Assembly (NCBI RefSeq): GCF_001194135.2
Contig: NC_068982.1
Location: 20,240,901-20,304,900, forward strand
Length of the DNA: 64,000 bases
Direction: 5' to 3'
Source of the DNA: Octopus bimaculoides
Taxonomy: Eukaryota
The notes beneath the pieces were generated by a model. It saw only the letters and a list, made by a program, of their open reading frames with translations. It ran no database searches and had not been told where the DNA came from. The translations under genes and the position numbers were made by a program. How positions within the stretch are numbered: position 1 is the first letter of the stretch; each line of letters opens with the position of its first letter. Below, one piece after another: positions 27,852 to 41,312 of this stretch.

Positions 27852-28020
27852 GCTGTAGGTTCTTCGTCTGTCTTTACGATCCGAGTTCAAATTCCGCCGA
27901 GGTCGACTTTGCCTTTCATCCTTTCGAGGTCGATAAATTAAGTTCCAGTTGCGTATTGGGATCAGTCTAATCGACTGGCTCTCTCCACTAAAATTTCGGG
28001 TCTCGTGCCTAGAGTAGAAA
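27852..28020 (+). mobile_element. tRNA-derived SINE family 2
   Basis: gagttcaaattccgccgaggtcgactttgcctttcatcctttcgaggtcgataaattaag, containing a B-box GTTCAAATT. Minus-strand homologues occur at 4.0, 10.1, 16.6 and 21.6 kb. Confidence 0.85.
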
Positions 28021-29914
28021 TGAGTATATATCTGTAGGTCATCGCATGAGATTTTTCCGTACTTGCAGGCATCTGAAAGGGTCGTTATGTGGTAATTTAT
28101 GTGAGAACTCATTTCATATTGCATGCGCGAGTGTTTTAAAGATTCCCTCCACCTAACAGCCCAGCACATCTTTTAATGCATCTAATGCAATCTAATCATT
28201 AGTAGTGTCTCATACATTTTTCGGAATCTCTCAAGAAGTGTTTGTTTTTCTTTTTGCCTTTGAAGTGAATAAATATCAATCAATGTATGGCTCCCTTTCA
28301 GGAAAATATTCCTTCGTACTTTTGAGAGATAAGCGCAGTAATAATATAGCCAATATATCATGGGAAATAACAACTTTTATAACAACACAACAAATTTCAT
28401 ATTTTCTTAAAGTTCATATTATTTTCCAGCATGATCTATTCATATATTAAGAGTTTCGAGTTATTTGATATAAGTCGTTTCGATAGAAATGGAATTATTT
28501 AAGTAAAAACTCGCGGAAATGATTCAAATTCGGAATTATTTCAAAGATGATGGTTCAAATTATTGTTCAATTATCCGAGCTGCGAAAATTGAAGTTTTCT
28601 TAGATATTGTTGGAGTGAAAGCTTTGCACATCTCCGAATAGTTTGTTTCCTACGCCATTTGATAATTACTTGCCTTAAATATTCTTTTGAAATTGAATGA
28701 TGAGAAATTAGAACAATAGTTCCCGAACCACCCTTAACACTGAACGGTATATCAACATGTATATACTCTTAACACTGTTTACTCTTTTTCAATTTCCTTT
28801 CAGAATCACTTAATTCTCAATGCTTGAATCAATGTTGCTTTAATGATTTATCACTGCATTCATAAAGCATACACATATGCAGTGCCAATACCCTACATTT
28901 TTAGGGCAATTCCCTCAGTGGGTGAGGCCATGAACTCTGTTCCAGTGTATCATCTAAACTGATCTACTCTGACTCTATTAAACACTACGATAGTCACCAT
29001 TTTGAAGGAAAAGCATTAAGTAACATCGTAGTTTACAGTAATGTACCCGATTTTCAATATAACATTAGTCATTTAGTGAAATGAACTACTAACCCAACAG
29101 TAATGTCACGACAAATTCTATCATCACAATGTCAAAGAAAACTCAAAATGAATGCATGGTTGCTGTTGATCTGGGTATTAATTTCGTACATGAAAAGTTA
29201 CTCAATTGTGCAAAATTTCTCCCCATTAAGTCCATTACATTCATTTCACAACACATACACATTGAAACGATGAAAGATAGAATTATTAAAGTTAGCAATG
29301 ATTGTATAACATTAGCTTGTCTGGGAGGCAATAACAAATAAATGTACTTTGGGTGTAATAAAATATTTATTGATTATTGAAATTAAATAATCTAATTGAA
29401 CTTTATCCGCAAGCCACATCGTGGACAAAATACACATTTTCGTTAATTCACAAAATTAGTAAGAAAGAAAATTATATTTTCGATAATTATGCTAAAGTAA
29501 TTGTGAATTCCACATTTTTTTTATTAAATTTAGCAGTTTATTTCATATAATGAGCATTTTTAAAATAGTGCCTCGACCTTTCCAATTACGTTCATAAATA
29601 CCGATTAGATATTTTGTTTTTTACCCATTTGTTTTACTAAATGTTGAGCTTTCTACAAAAGAGAATTATATAGAAATGAATTAAATTTATACTGAAATAC
29701 ACAAAAAAATGGAAGTAAAATTTCTAGTAACATGCATTAAATAATTTAAGGAAGAAATAATATTGCCGATGAGTTTTAAGGTTCAATACTTGTTCTGGTA
29801 GACCAGTTATTTTCCTGTATCCATGTGTAGTATTTGAGTAAGACGTCATACTGTTGATAGCGTTACAAAAAGAAAATAAAAATCTAAAAATGCAGTTGTT
29901 GCTGTTGCTGAGGG

Positions 29915-29915
<1 letters not shown>

Positions 29916-29992
<77 letters not shown>
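29916..29992. repeat. (GAT)n microsatellite
   Basis: Read directly. Confidence 0.95.
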
Positions 29993-29993
<1 letters not shown>

Positions 29994-30378
29994 ATCCCTA
30001 ATTGCTAAGGGGCTCACATATTAAGTATAAGACGGTCACGAAACAAATCAATCAGCTTCAATCTGGGAAGTGGTTGTGGAGTAATTGGTGTACAAAGAGA
30101 ACTTGTATACTGGTTTCGATTCAATCGACACTACCTAAAATGGATCATGATATTGTAATGGATATGCATTTGCATAAGAAGAGCTATATGTGTATGTATG
30201 TATGTATATATGTAAGTATGTATGTATGTAATGTATGTATGTAATGTATGTACGTATGTAATATATGTATGCATTGATGAAATAATGTGGCTGCTATTGT
30301 TATTGTTGTTAGCACAATGCCAATAATCGAGATGGAAGGATAAAGCCATTCTAGACATGACCAAATATCAATACTTAA

Positions 30379-30444
<66 letters not shown>

Positions 30445-30644
30445 ATGTAACAAATAAGAAAAAGTGAAAATGGAATGCATAAGATTATTAATCATTACGA
30501 GCGTTTCAGTGGCACTTATATACATACTCTTGATGACATCAGGTAGCCAAAGACAGCGAACGTGCTTTAAACGTCATATTATCAGGTGTATATGCAAGTT
30601 TAGAATTATTACTTATATTTATATGTGTGTGTTTGTGTATTATG

Positions 30645-30730
<86 letters not shown>

Positions 30731-30977
30731 ACTATGCTTGGATAAACAAGAGATCCAGCTGGTTATTCTTGCTGGCCTGATGAAGACTTAAATGTCCTTT
30801 AGTGTAATATATTTATTTTCCGAAACACATTGTCTATGAAACGGTAAACATAAAACAAAAGAAGTGCGGGGAATGAAATTTTCCTGAGCTAAGGAGATGT
30901 AACCAAAAGATACATTAATACGTCATTAAAAGAATACCAAAGGGAAATTAATAAATAAAATTATACGTGTGGAGTAT

Positions 30978-31072
30978 AAGCAGGAGTGGTTGTGTGATAA
31001 GAAGTTTGCATCCAAATCACATGGTTCCGAGTTCATTCCCACCGCGTAGCACCTTCGGCAAGTGTCTGCTAT
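30978..31072 (+). mobile_element. SINE family 1 head fragment
   Basis: gcaggagtggttgtgtgataag...atggttccgagttcattccc...gcaccttcggcaagtgtc, with A-box and B-box-like motifs. Confidence 0.75.
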
Positions 31073-31738
31073 ATTTTTGAGCAGGGTGCTCAGTCATCTC
31101 ACCTAGCACAAGACAACATCTGTGGACTAGTTTCTGGGTAATTGCTCTTTATATATTCGAACGGTGAATGAAGCAACTTTATCTGGAACGCCGTCTGGCC
31201 AAGCAGCTAGTCTGTGTTGATAAAGGGCAATAACCCAGGAAAAAAATCCACAGATGTTTTGTGCTAGGAGGTAATGCTGCACTCCCTGTTCGAAGAAATA
31301 AGCACACATATATTTTGTGGGGCTAATACCACAGTAACATCATCCCTTACAGGAGAGCCACTTTGTGTTGGCAAATAGCCTTTACTTTAAAGAACTGTAA
31401 CTGAATGTCTCTCTTTGAGAGATTTAGAAATAATAATATTACTATTTTTAGATCAGTGTCTGTTTGTCACCTTGAAAACTATATATTTGAAGGTTGAACT
31501 ACTCAGTAACGCCATCAGGCCGATCAGCTACTCTCTGTTGATAAAAAGCAATAACACAGAAACTAGTCCACAGATGTTGTTTTGCGCTAGGTGGGAGTTC
31601 TGAACCCCCTGTTCGAAAATATAAGGATACAGATATTATGTCTTATAGCCAGCTAGATACGATATTTCTTGGGGCTAAAACAACAGTAACATCGTCCCCT
31701 TACAGGTGAGCCACATTATGCTGGCAAATAACTTTTAT
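31071..31738. repeat. Local triplicated sequence: one inverted and two direct copies
   Basis: 31187-31388 is similar to 31508-31738 (direct). 31071-31146 is the reverse complement of 31547-31622. Confidence 0.85.
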
Positions 31739-32048
31739 TTTATATATATAGGTAAAGGTATGGATATGATGGGCACCTCTTGCAGTAGATGTTCAGAATG
31801 TTACTACCCACCGTGGACACCTACTGTCAATTAAACGACATATAAAAGGGATGTCAAATACTCAGAAATGTATATGCCTAAAGCATTTTAGAGTGAAGAA
31901 AAACTTTGCAAAGGTCCAACCCAACTCTTTAAACAATGTTTGCTTTTTCCCCCAAAGAAGAACTAATCTGCACTAAAAGATGCAAATGAAGCCACAAGTA
32001 ATACACAAGAATTTTCCTTCTTGTAGAAAGATGTCTACAGGCACACAC

Positions 32049-32110
32049 ACAAACACACACTCACACATACAAACACACACTCACACATACAAACACACAC
32101 TCACATACAC
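32049..32110 (+). repeat. 20-bp minisatellite, three copies, derived from (CA)n
   Basis: acaaacacacactcacacat units. Confidence 0.85.
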
Positions 32111-34117
32111 ACACAAGTCTTGAAATAAGGTGTTGGTATATAGTCCAGTAAAGTGAAATTCTAATGACACAGGCCTCCGGATACATTGCTGAATAATAAG
32201 TAATATTTGCTGCAGATAACGTATAAATCAATGGAAAAATCATCACGAAAATTAGTTTAATCTAACACATAAGTTATTGATACATTACTTTGAAGTTAAT
32301 CATTATATCATTAGAAGATAATTGTAGATATGCACCATGAACATAGCTGAGAACATCATTATATATGCTTAACCAATAAACCCATAAGTATGATAAGTTC
32401 TGAACGTATTAGAAATACAATGTGCAGAAGCAGTTTGATGCAAGCATATTAGAATTTAAAATCTATTTGACTCATTATATAGAGTAGAGTATGGAAAGGT
32501 AAGAGCCCATTTGATCAAACAGTGTATTTTGTAGTTTATTCGAATTAAAACATTTCTTTGTGTTCTAATCTTAAATGTGTTATATTTATGTCTTTAAACA
32601 ATCGCGTTTTCTTCTCTTTTGTTCATACGAAGATTTCAGATGCAATGAATATCTCAAAATATGCTTATCAGAATACACATTACAAAATTGAATTTCAAAG
32701 CTGTTTACACAATGATTCTTATGATTTAGAATCGCTATTAAGTTACGTTGATGAGGTTTGAGGGTTTATTTGCATGTTTGGTTTAGGATATAAAATAAGC
32801 GTAGTTAGAAGGCCATGTTATCAAACTTTCCATTATTAGGTTTACTTAGCATTGTGCAACAATGTATAACCCAACGGAAAATAAAGCTCTCAGGAAATGC
32901 ATATATTTGAAATATATTTGAAAATCAGCCAACCTGTTCCTGGTGTACACAGTTTCGAAAAACAAAGCTAATGTGAAGATGAACAAAGACAGTTTTCTTA
33001 ATATATTCTATACGTTAACAGTAGCTTATTGATATTCCTTGCAATATTTGGACCGTTTCCCAAGTAAGGGTCTCGATGAATCATTGCTTCACTTAACCTG
33101 TGAAAGGGACAAACACTCCATGGATTTTCAATGTACAAATATTTTTACTTCTATTCAAACTTATATTTCACTGTATTCATTCCACGCATTTTACAAATGA
33201 AATTTAAGTGGTTATATAAAATGTGACTGCTTTCTCTGCCCTAAGCAACGAGTACATAATGGATNNNNNNNNNNNNNNNNNNNNNNNNNNNNNNNNNNNN
33301 NNNNNNNNNNNNNNNNNNNNNNNNNNNNNNNNNNNNNNNNNNNNNNNNNNNNNNNNNNNNNNNNNNNNNNNNNNNNNNNNNNNNNNNNNNNNNNNNNNNN
33401 NNNNNNNNNNNNNNNNNNNNNNNNNNNNNNNNNNNNNNNNNNNNNNNNNNNNNNNNNNNNNNNNNNNNNNNNNNNNNNNNNNNNNNNNNNNNNNNNNNNN
33501 NNNNNNNNNNNNNNNNNNNNNNNNNNNNNNNNNNNNNNNNNNNNNNNNNNNNNNNNNNNNNNNNNNNNNNNNNNNNNNNNNNNNNNNNNNNNNNNNNNNN
33601 NNNNNNNNNNNNNNNNNNNNNNNNNNNNNNNNNNNNNNNNNNNNNNNNNNNNNNNTGTGTGTGTGTGTGTGTGTCTGTGTGTGTGTGTGTATTTGAAAAA
33701 TGTCGGTATAAGTATAAATACACCATAAACAATTTTAGAAAAATGGAGGAGAAAAAATGCTGAATCAAAATTAGGTTTAAACAAAATAGGATTCAATATA
33801 TAACGCTCTCGACTGTTACGAATGGAAATGGACTCTTGGTGATACTTACGTGTGAGAAGTATCATTTTATCCTGACTGCAGCTGTATAATCTTCTAATCG
33901 GGCGTCTGTTAGAACTCTACCTTTGATTGTGGTTTACTTTTATAACATCACTTCTGCCTTGTATATTAGGCAGCAGTCACAGCAAACGAATGGATTATAT
34001 TATCAGGGCCTAAGATTGCTCGGGGACTCAAAGCATGTTATAAAAGACCTGCATAGAGCCGTGCCTCTAAAACAATAAAATATCAGTAGCTCATATCTTT
34101 ATACTGTCTGCATTAAA

Positions 34118-34156
<39 letters not shown>

Positions 34157-35030
34157 NNNNNNNNNNNNNNNNNNNNNNNNNNNNNNNNNNNNNNNNNNNN
34201 NNNNNNNNNNNNNNNNNNNNNNNNNNNNNNNNNNNNNNNNNNNNNNNNNNNNNNNNNNNNNNNNNNNNNNNNNNNNNNNNNNNNNNNNNNNNNNNNNNNN
34301 NNNNNNNNNNNNNNNNNNNNNNNNNNNNNNNNNNNNNNNNNNNNNNNNNNNNNNNNNNNNNNNNNNNNNNNNNNNNNNNNNNNNNNNNNNNNNNNNNNNN
34401 NNNNNNNNNNNNNNNNNNNNNNNNNNNNNNNNNNNNNNNNNNNNNNNNNNNNNNNNNNNNNNNNNNNNNNNNNNNNNNNNNNNNNNNNNNNNNNNNNNNN
34501 NNNNNNNNNNNNNNNNNNNNNNNNNNNNNNNNNNNNNNNNNNNNNNNNNNNNNNNNNNNNNNNNNNNNNNNNNNNNNNNNNNNNNNNNNNNNNNNNNNNN
34601 NNNNNNNNNNNNNNNNNNNNNNNNNNNNNNNNNNNNNNNNNNNNNNNNNNNNNNNNNNNNNNNNNNNNNNNNNNNNNNNNNNNNNNNNNNNNNNNNNNNN
34701 NNNNNNNNNNNNNNNNNNNNNNNNNNNNNNNNNNNNNNNNNNNNNNNNNNNNNNNNNNNNNNNNNNNNNNNNNNNNNNNNNNNNNNNNNNNNNNNNNNNN
34801 NNNNNNNNNNNNNNNNNNNNNNNNNNNNNNNNNNNNNNNNNNNNNNNNNNNNNNNNNNNNNNNNNNNNNNNNNNNNNNNNNNNNNNNNNNNNNNNNNNNN
34901 NNNNNNNNNNNNNNNNNNNNNNNNNNNNNNNNNNNNNNNNNNNNNNNNNNNNNNNNNNNNNNNNNNNNNNNNNNNNNNNNNNNNNNNNNNNNNNNNNNNN
35001 NNNNNNNNNNNNNNNNNNNNNNNNNNNNNN

Positions 35031-35115
<85 letters not shown>

Positions 35116-37878
35116 TATATATATGTACATACAAATTATGTACTTATAAACGCATGCCTGAATAGTTTCGTCTGTCTTTGAATGTATATTATCATATGCA
35201 ACATTTTCAGACTCGGGCATAACTAAACATTGCTTATTTATCGTATTATTTCTTCTGGTTTCTTTTCTTCTGCCACCAGCAAACCTTTTTCTGTCGCAGA
35301 CGGTTTTTCTATCCGAATGTGCCAGTATATCTAAATATCTGCAAGTTTATGTTGTACATGTAACAACGAAACTTAGATTCTCACATAATGTGGTGTATAC
35401 ATATACAAGAGACACACACTTACTCGTTTAGTATTTGAAGCAAGCTCTCTATACGGCGTGTTTTCTATAGCTATGCTGTTTAAGTATATAGATAGAATAT
35501 TGTAATAGATTATTTATAAAGATGTGGCTTGTATATTTATTATTGGCGTTTGTATTTACATGTAGGTACCTATGGAACCGAATGCTAGAAATTCTATATT
35601 CAAATATAAATCTATTTACACATTCAAACAATGTGATTACTTCAATATGTTTTGCCATGGGTTCTGTTTCAAATCCTTTCTCTTATGTAAATTATAGCGT
35701 ATGAAACTACCAGCGTTTGGAAATCTTTTAAAATGTTACATAAATAATAAAAGCCTATATTCGTTTTATAGTCATTTCAATTGCACTGTAATAATTCTAA
35801 AGGAAATTATATATGTACATAAAAGGGAACAAGTTATCAGATTTATATTCCCATATGCAAGGGCAATATATATCATATATCTGTTGTGATGCCTATAGAG
35901 CAATATCTCTTTGAGTTTTAGAAGCTATAGATTTATATTTTTGTAATGTTTGAGCGTTAACTTTCAATTCATAGATTTAATCCTTTTATAATTGTTACAA
36001 AGGCGATATATTATTTTCATTTTCGAATACGTTTGCATTATTGCCTCGCGATAGTATCTTTAAAAGTATTTCCTCCACCTACACTAACATTTCTCTAAAA
36101 TGTGCAATTATTTCAAAATATAAAATTAATGTTCGGGATGAAACATAATTGTATACTAATATGTCTTCGCCATAATATGTTTTATAAGATAAGTACTTTG
36201 ATAATACTTTTTTGCTTATTTAAAACGTGCCTGGGTATTATTTAAACATAAATGCATACTTTTTGCTTTTGATGAAATGTTTTATCATATTACTATCCGA
36301 TATTTCTTTGTAATTCCATCGTAAAGAAATATAGTTATGGGCTTCGTAGTTTTAGGAAAGAAGATCAATAGTAAGTATATTTTCTGATAAACGTAGCTAT
36401 AGAATACTAAATGATATAGATGCATGTATCAATAGATATTTCCCTTTGAAGGTTTTAATGCCTGCTGATTTGAAATATTTCAGCTTGCATTCGTAGGAAA
36501 ATATATTAAAAGGATCTGATGAATTGCAGCAGGGATGGTTTGAGAACTTGCGGAAACGACGAAAATATTTTCCATATAACGATTTAAAATCTCATATTTA
36601 AAACTTCACACACTTTCCCATACAAAGTTGTCTAAACAATTTTTCTTTTTCATGTTTATAAAAATGTATTGCAGTATTTATTTTAGAACTTATGAAGGGA
36701 ACTATAAATATCTTAAATAAGAATGTTTCAACAGCCGATATTATCGAGTCTGTTTCAATTTCCCTTCAATCCATCACATCTTTGTTATGAAAAACACATT
36801 TCAATGAATTAAAAAAATTAATCATGAATGTTATATTAATCCTTCCTCTTCATCATATGAAACATTTGTTTAAAATGAGATTTTAATATCTTCAAAATGT
36901 CGATGATAGGCATGTCTAATAAATGTATATTTAGCAATAAGAATACGTTGTAATTGTTTCATCTACATATACAAAAGCATAAGTCGTTAAAAATAACTAT
37001 GTTGTTTTCAATCTATATTGTCGTAATATAACAATAAATCGAGTAGAACTTCGTAATAAGGTTTCGAAACTAGCTAGAAATAGCGTAAATTACACTGGAC
37101 TCTCATAAAATAGACGAATACAATAGACAAAATATGCCTGTGTATGAATTGCCGAGAAAAATATGGTAAGGTTATCGCTAGAAAGTTTTTGACCATAACT
37201 CTTGTGAATTAGACTTGATGTAAAGAAGCAAAATCAATGCATATTAAATCCAAAATTAGATTGCACCTAAACTACAAAAGCATTCATTCTCTACGCTTTG
37301 ATAAAGCTCATTAATATATTTTCATTTACTTTTATTAAGATTTTATTCATTCATTGTAAATTAATTCAGGAATTGCTCCCTGAACTTGAGCATTCATATG
37401 GCGGAGAATCAACACCAGAATGTATGGTACTGCATTTTTACTGAATAATCAATGCATCATGAGGTTAAATTTAAATCTGATACATTATAGAATGATCACC
37501 TGAAGCCAGTAATCTGAAACAGACTTCAGAACCAAATAGAGTTTAAACATTTATATCGTGGAACATCACAAGATCCTAGTAAGAAATTTGAATACATGAT
37601 CAACGAGACTAAATTCATAATAATTTTCATAATTCGAAACTCTAGATAACCTTCAAATACTCTTCCCGCCTCTCTCTCTGAATGTGTATACATATATATA
37701 TATATATATANNNNNNNNNNNNNNNNNNNNNNNNNNNNNNNNNNNNNNNNNNNNNNNNNNNNNNNNNNNNNNNNNNNNNNNNNNNNNNNNNNNNNNNNNN
37801 NNNNNNNNNNNNNNNNNNNNNNNNNNNNNNNNNNNNNNNNNNNNNNNNNNNNNNNNNNNNNATATATATGTGTGTATG

Positions 37879-37917
<39 letters not shown>

Positions 37918-37972
37918 ATGTATGCATGTAGGTATGTATGTATGTGTGTTTGTGAGTATTTGTGTGTACATG

Positions 37973-38015
<43 letters not shown>

Positions 38016-38753
38016 ATATATACAGTTTTGTATACATGTATATGTATATGTATGAGTACAGACTCACACACTTATATTGTAAGGCAAAAGACAAAAATGT
38101 AAGTAAATATCATGATGCAGTAGTTATACGTTTACTTACGAAAGAGAACACAAAAGTAAATTAATGTGTTGTAATACTGATCACGCCAACCAAAATGTTG
38201 AAATTGTTAACATCTGTTGACGATCAAGTAGTAACACGCAAAAGCACTTTACTTAATTATTTTAGCCCGTTCTTCATACAAAAATGTTGTGATTAACACT
38301 TGCTTTCTTCAAAGAAAATTATAAAACTTTGTATGCAGGATTAGAATTATTTTCAAACAAGAATTTTAAATTTGTCTTACTAGGTAACATATAGGATGAA
38401 ATTGTTAAGAAGTATAATGCATTAATTCACAGTGGATTTAATTCGCGAAAATTTTATTAACATCTTACAATTCTCAATTATAGCGTCTGCTTCAAATACA
38501 GACTGAAAATGTATATCAAATTTACACTGCCAACATGAAAATATGAAACAATATGCGTAGAATAAAAGCAAGATTTTTTGTAAATAAAAAGGATTTTGTG
38601 GAAAGAATTAGTTGAGTGCAAATACTCATACAAAAGGAAATTAATTCGTTTCACGAACCATTATATACCACTTCACATCAATACGACAACCACTGCTGCA
38701 CATGAAACTGGTGTATCAGGAACTAATACTATATATAATTTAGGTACATAGTA

Positions 38754-38756
<3 letters not shown>

Positions 38757-38838
<82 letters not shown>

Positions 38839-38850
38839 TGACGATGATGA

Positions 38851-38929
<79 letters not shown>
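38757..38929. repeat. (AAT)n microsatellite with an ATG interruption
   Basis: Read directly. Confidence 0.95.
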
Positions 38930-39114
38930 CATAGCCATGTGTTGAGAAGAATTCTTTAGGGTTTGAAGAATTCACCTTTGGAACCATGCGTGTTTTGCTC
39001 AACATCCGTAAACAAACCTTATTGGAGACTTTTTGAGCGGGATAGTCTAATCGACCTGAACAAAATTCTAACTGGGCCCCATCTACGAGGTCTTGTGATG
39101 TTTATTTTATATTT

Positions 39115-39160
<46 letters not shown>

Positions 39161-39164
39161 ATTC

Positions 39165-39500
39165 TAACGTCTCTTTGCCGAGCCACTAAGTTATGAGAAC
39201 GTAAACACACCCGCACCAGTGGTGAGGGACAAACACAGACACAAATCACACCCACCCACACATAGATGCACACTCATACACATACTCACACACACACGTT
39301 CACACACACACGCACCTACCCGCACACACACACATATATAAATATACGATGAGCTTCTTTGAGTTTCTGTCTACTAAATCCACTCACAACGCTTTGGTGC
39401 ACCAGAAGCTATAGTAGAAGACACTTGCCGAAGGTTTCACGCAGTGGGACTGGATCCCGGAATCGTTTGTTTGGGAAGCCAGCTTCTTACCACACACCCT
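39165..39500 (-). mobile_element. SINE family 1 with internal CA-rich tract
   Basis: Head 39350-39500 and body 39165-39245 are homologous to the other copies. Confidence 0.8.
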
Positions 39501-40614
39501 ATAAGCTAAACAAGTTTTGAACTTCGAATGCAAATATATTTCAAGAGAGACACATTGAAAAAGAGCAAATGAATGTTATGTTTTCGAACGCACTATCGTT
39601 TCTTTAACGAATGTTGTTTTATCGAAATGGAGATAACAACCAACGCAAAATGTTCTGTTGCTAATAGTTCCTCCAAGGCATACATAAATATAGGCTGCTT
39701 TACATTACTTGGTGTAGAGCATTTTTAACAGGTCATTCTCGATCATTCTTGATTAATCAAAATCGAAGTATTTTAGAGAACTGGCTCGGAAGACTGACTA
39801 GCAAGTGCGGCATCATAGCTTTGAGCAATATAGACCATATTTAACTTAGATCTTGCTAACAATAATGCTAAGAATCTACCACCATCAATACCATTACATA
39901 CATCTAAAAATAATTGATATCGATGCATGAAATAACCGTTAATATCTGATTATTAGCAATATCGTTATTGAATGTTTTTTTTTGTGGCTTTAACTTACGC
40001 TGAAAATTTATCTGTAAGGATTTAATGTGAAAATATGATGTGCGAAATATGTGATTTCTTTCCTTTCGCTGTACATTATATGAGATGTAAATTTGCTTCA
40101 CGTAATATGTATAGTAGTGTTGAAGCTTGGAAAATTGTTTCTTTTATATGTGTCCTGTGTATGGTGCAACAAATTTTGGTAATATTCCCTGAAAATCTTT
40201 TCCATAAACGAATATTTTTAATGGTTGCAAGTTTTAATTTGGGAAATACCGAATTGCTGTGTTTCCCTTTGCAACAAAGTCCTGATACTAATTTTAGTTT
40301 TAAGAAACCAATCTCGTTCGAACCCAATATTTAACTTGTAACTTTCAAATCGTAGGTGCTAAAATTCTATTAATAAGCTCAACAAACATTTAAAGAATTA
40401 GGAGAAATATACTAAAATATAGAAGCTAATAAAAATGTACACACTCACACATACACACAGACATATTAAACATGTTGCCAAAGTAAGTGGTGTTACATTT
40501 TATCATTATGCTTTAAGTTGCCACATGCTGTCCAGAATTATTGATAATCAAAAAAAAAAAATCATTTACAGTATTATTGAAAAGAAGCTTTACCAATTGT
40601 ACTGATTTTTCACA

Positions 40615-40780
40615 AGCGCAATCGTGGCTGTGTGGTAAGAAGCATGCTTCTCAATCACATAGTTCCGAGTTCAGTTCAGCCGGGTGGCACCTTGGGTATG
40701 TGTTTTCTACTATAGTCTCGGATCGAATATAGCCTTGTGAGTGGATTTCGTAGACCGAAGCTGAAAGAATCCTGTCATAT
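40615..40780 (+). mobile_element. SINE family 1, 5' part
   Basis: gtggctgtgtggtaagaagcatgcttctc...gttccgagttcag...gccttgtgagtggatttcgtagac followed by (TA)n. Confidence 0.85.
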
Positions 40781-40792
40781 ATATATATACAT

Positions 40793-40840
<48 letters not shown>

Positions 40841-40877
40841 GCAAAATTTATATTAATCAAAGGACATATTAAGTATG

Positions 40878-41103
40878 TAGACCTGCCGAAAAAATCTCTT
40901 AGTGACACTGATAATGAATACAGAAATCAAGCTTCTGCGAGCATACGGAATAAGCAAATCATTCAACATACCAATGTAGCATCCGAATACTAAAAGATAT
41001 ATAACTGCATGCTGTATTGGTTCTACGAACGATTTCTTAAGCCGTATGCTCGCAGAAGGATGATTTCTGTAGCTATTATCAGTGTCATTTTTTCTGCGGT
41101 GTA
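40878..41103. mobile_element. Short foldback MITE-like element (~225 bp)
   Basis: tgacactgataatgaatacagaaatcaagcttctgcgagcatacggaataagcaaatc (40903-60) matches the reverse complement of 41031-41087. The arms extend inward to a ~25-bp spacer. Confidence 0.65.
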
Positions 41104-41189
41104 AATAAGAGTTTTGTTTGTTATTTCCACCAGTATGTCCTTCGATTAATATGAATTTTAACCCTTCATCAATTAATGCTTTTTTTTAG

Positions 41190-41312
41190 GCCTAATGGGG
41201 GCATCTCGAACACAGGAGTATAACAGTGAACACCACGGAGAATCGAAATCATTACCTTTAAAATTCCTGTTGAATGCTGTGTACCATCAAGCAAGACGTT
41301 CTCTGCCACCAG
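41190..41312 (+). CDS. Candidate internal coding exon (phase 1-1, 123 nt) of an unknown gene
   Basis: Acceptor tgcttttttttag and donor CCAG|gtaccg. Only one frame is open: (G)LMGASRTQEYNSEHHGESKSLPLKFLLNAVYHQARRSLPP. GC is about 45%, above the flanks. No homology recognised. Confidence 0.35.

Noticed and set aside
30775-30840. CTGATGA-AGAC-ttaaat-GTC...GAAAC-acatt-GTC hammerhead-like string
   Set aside because: About 25 nt separate helix II from GAAA, and helix I cannot form. At most a dead remnant.
35238-35330. Minus-strand terminal exon candidate IYWHIRIEKPSATEKGLLVAEEKKPEEIIR*
   Set aside because: The acceptor tract is weak, the E/K bias is explained by a pyrimidine-rich plus strand, and I found no upstream exon.
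36495-36575. CTGATGA...GAAAC motif with flanking ggaaaatat/atattttcc
   Set aside because: No G10.1-C11.1 pair and no NUH triplet in register.
40996-41103. 31-aa ORF MLYWFYERFLKPYARRRMISVAIISVIFSAV
   Set aside because: It lies within the right arm of a foldback MITE.
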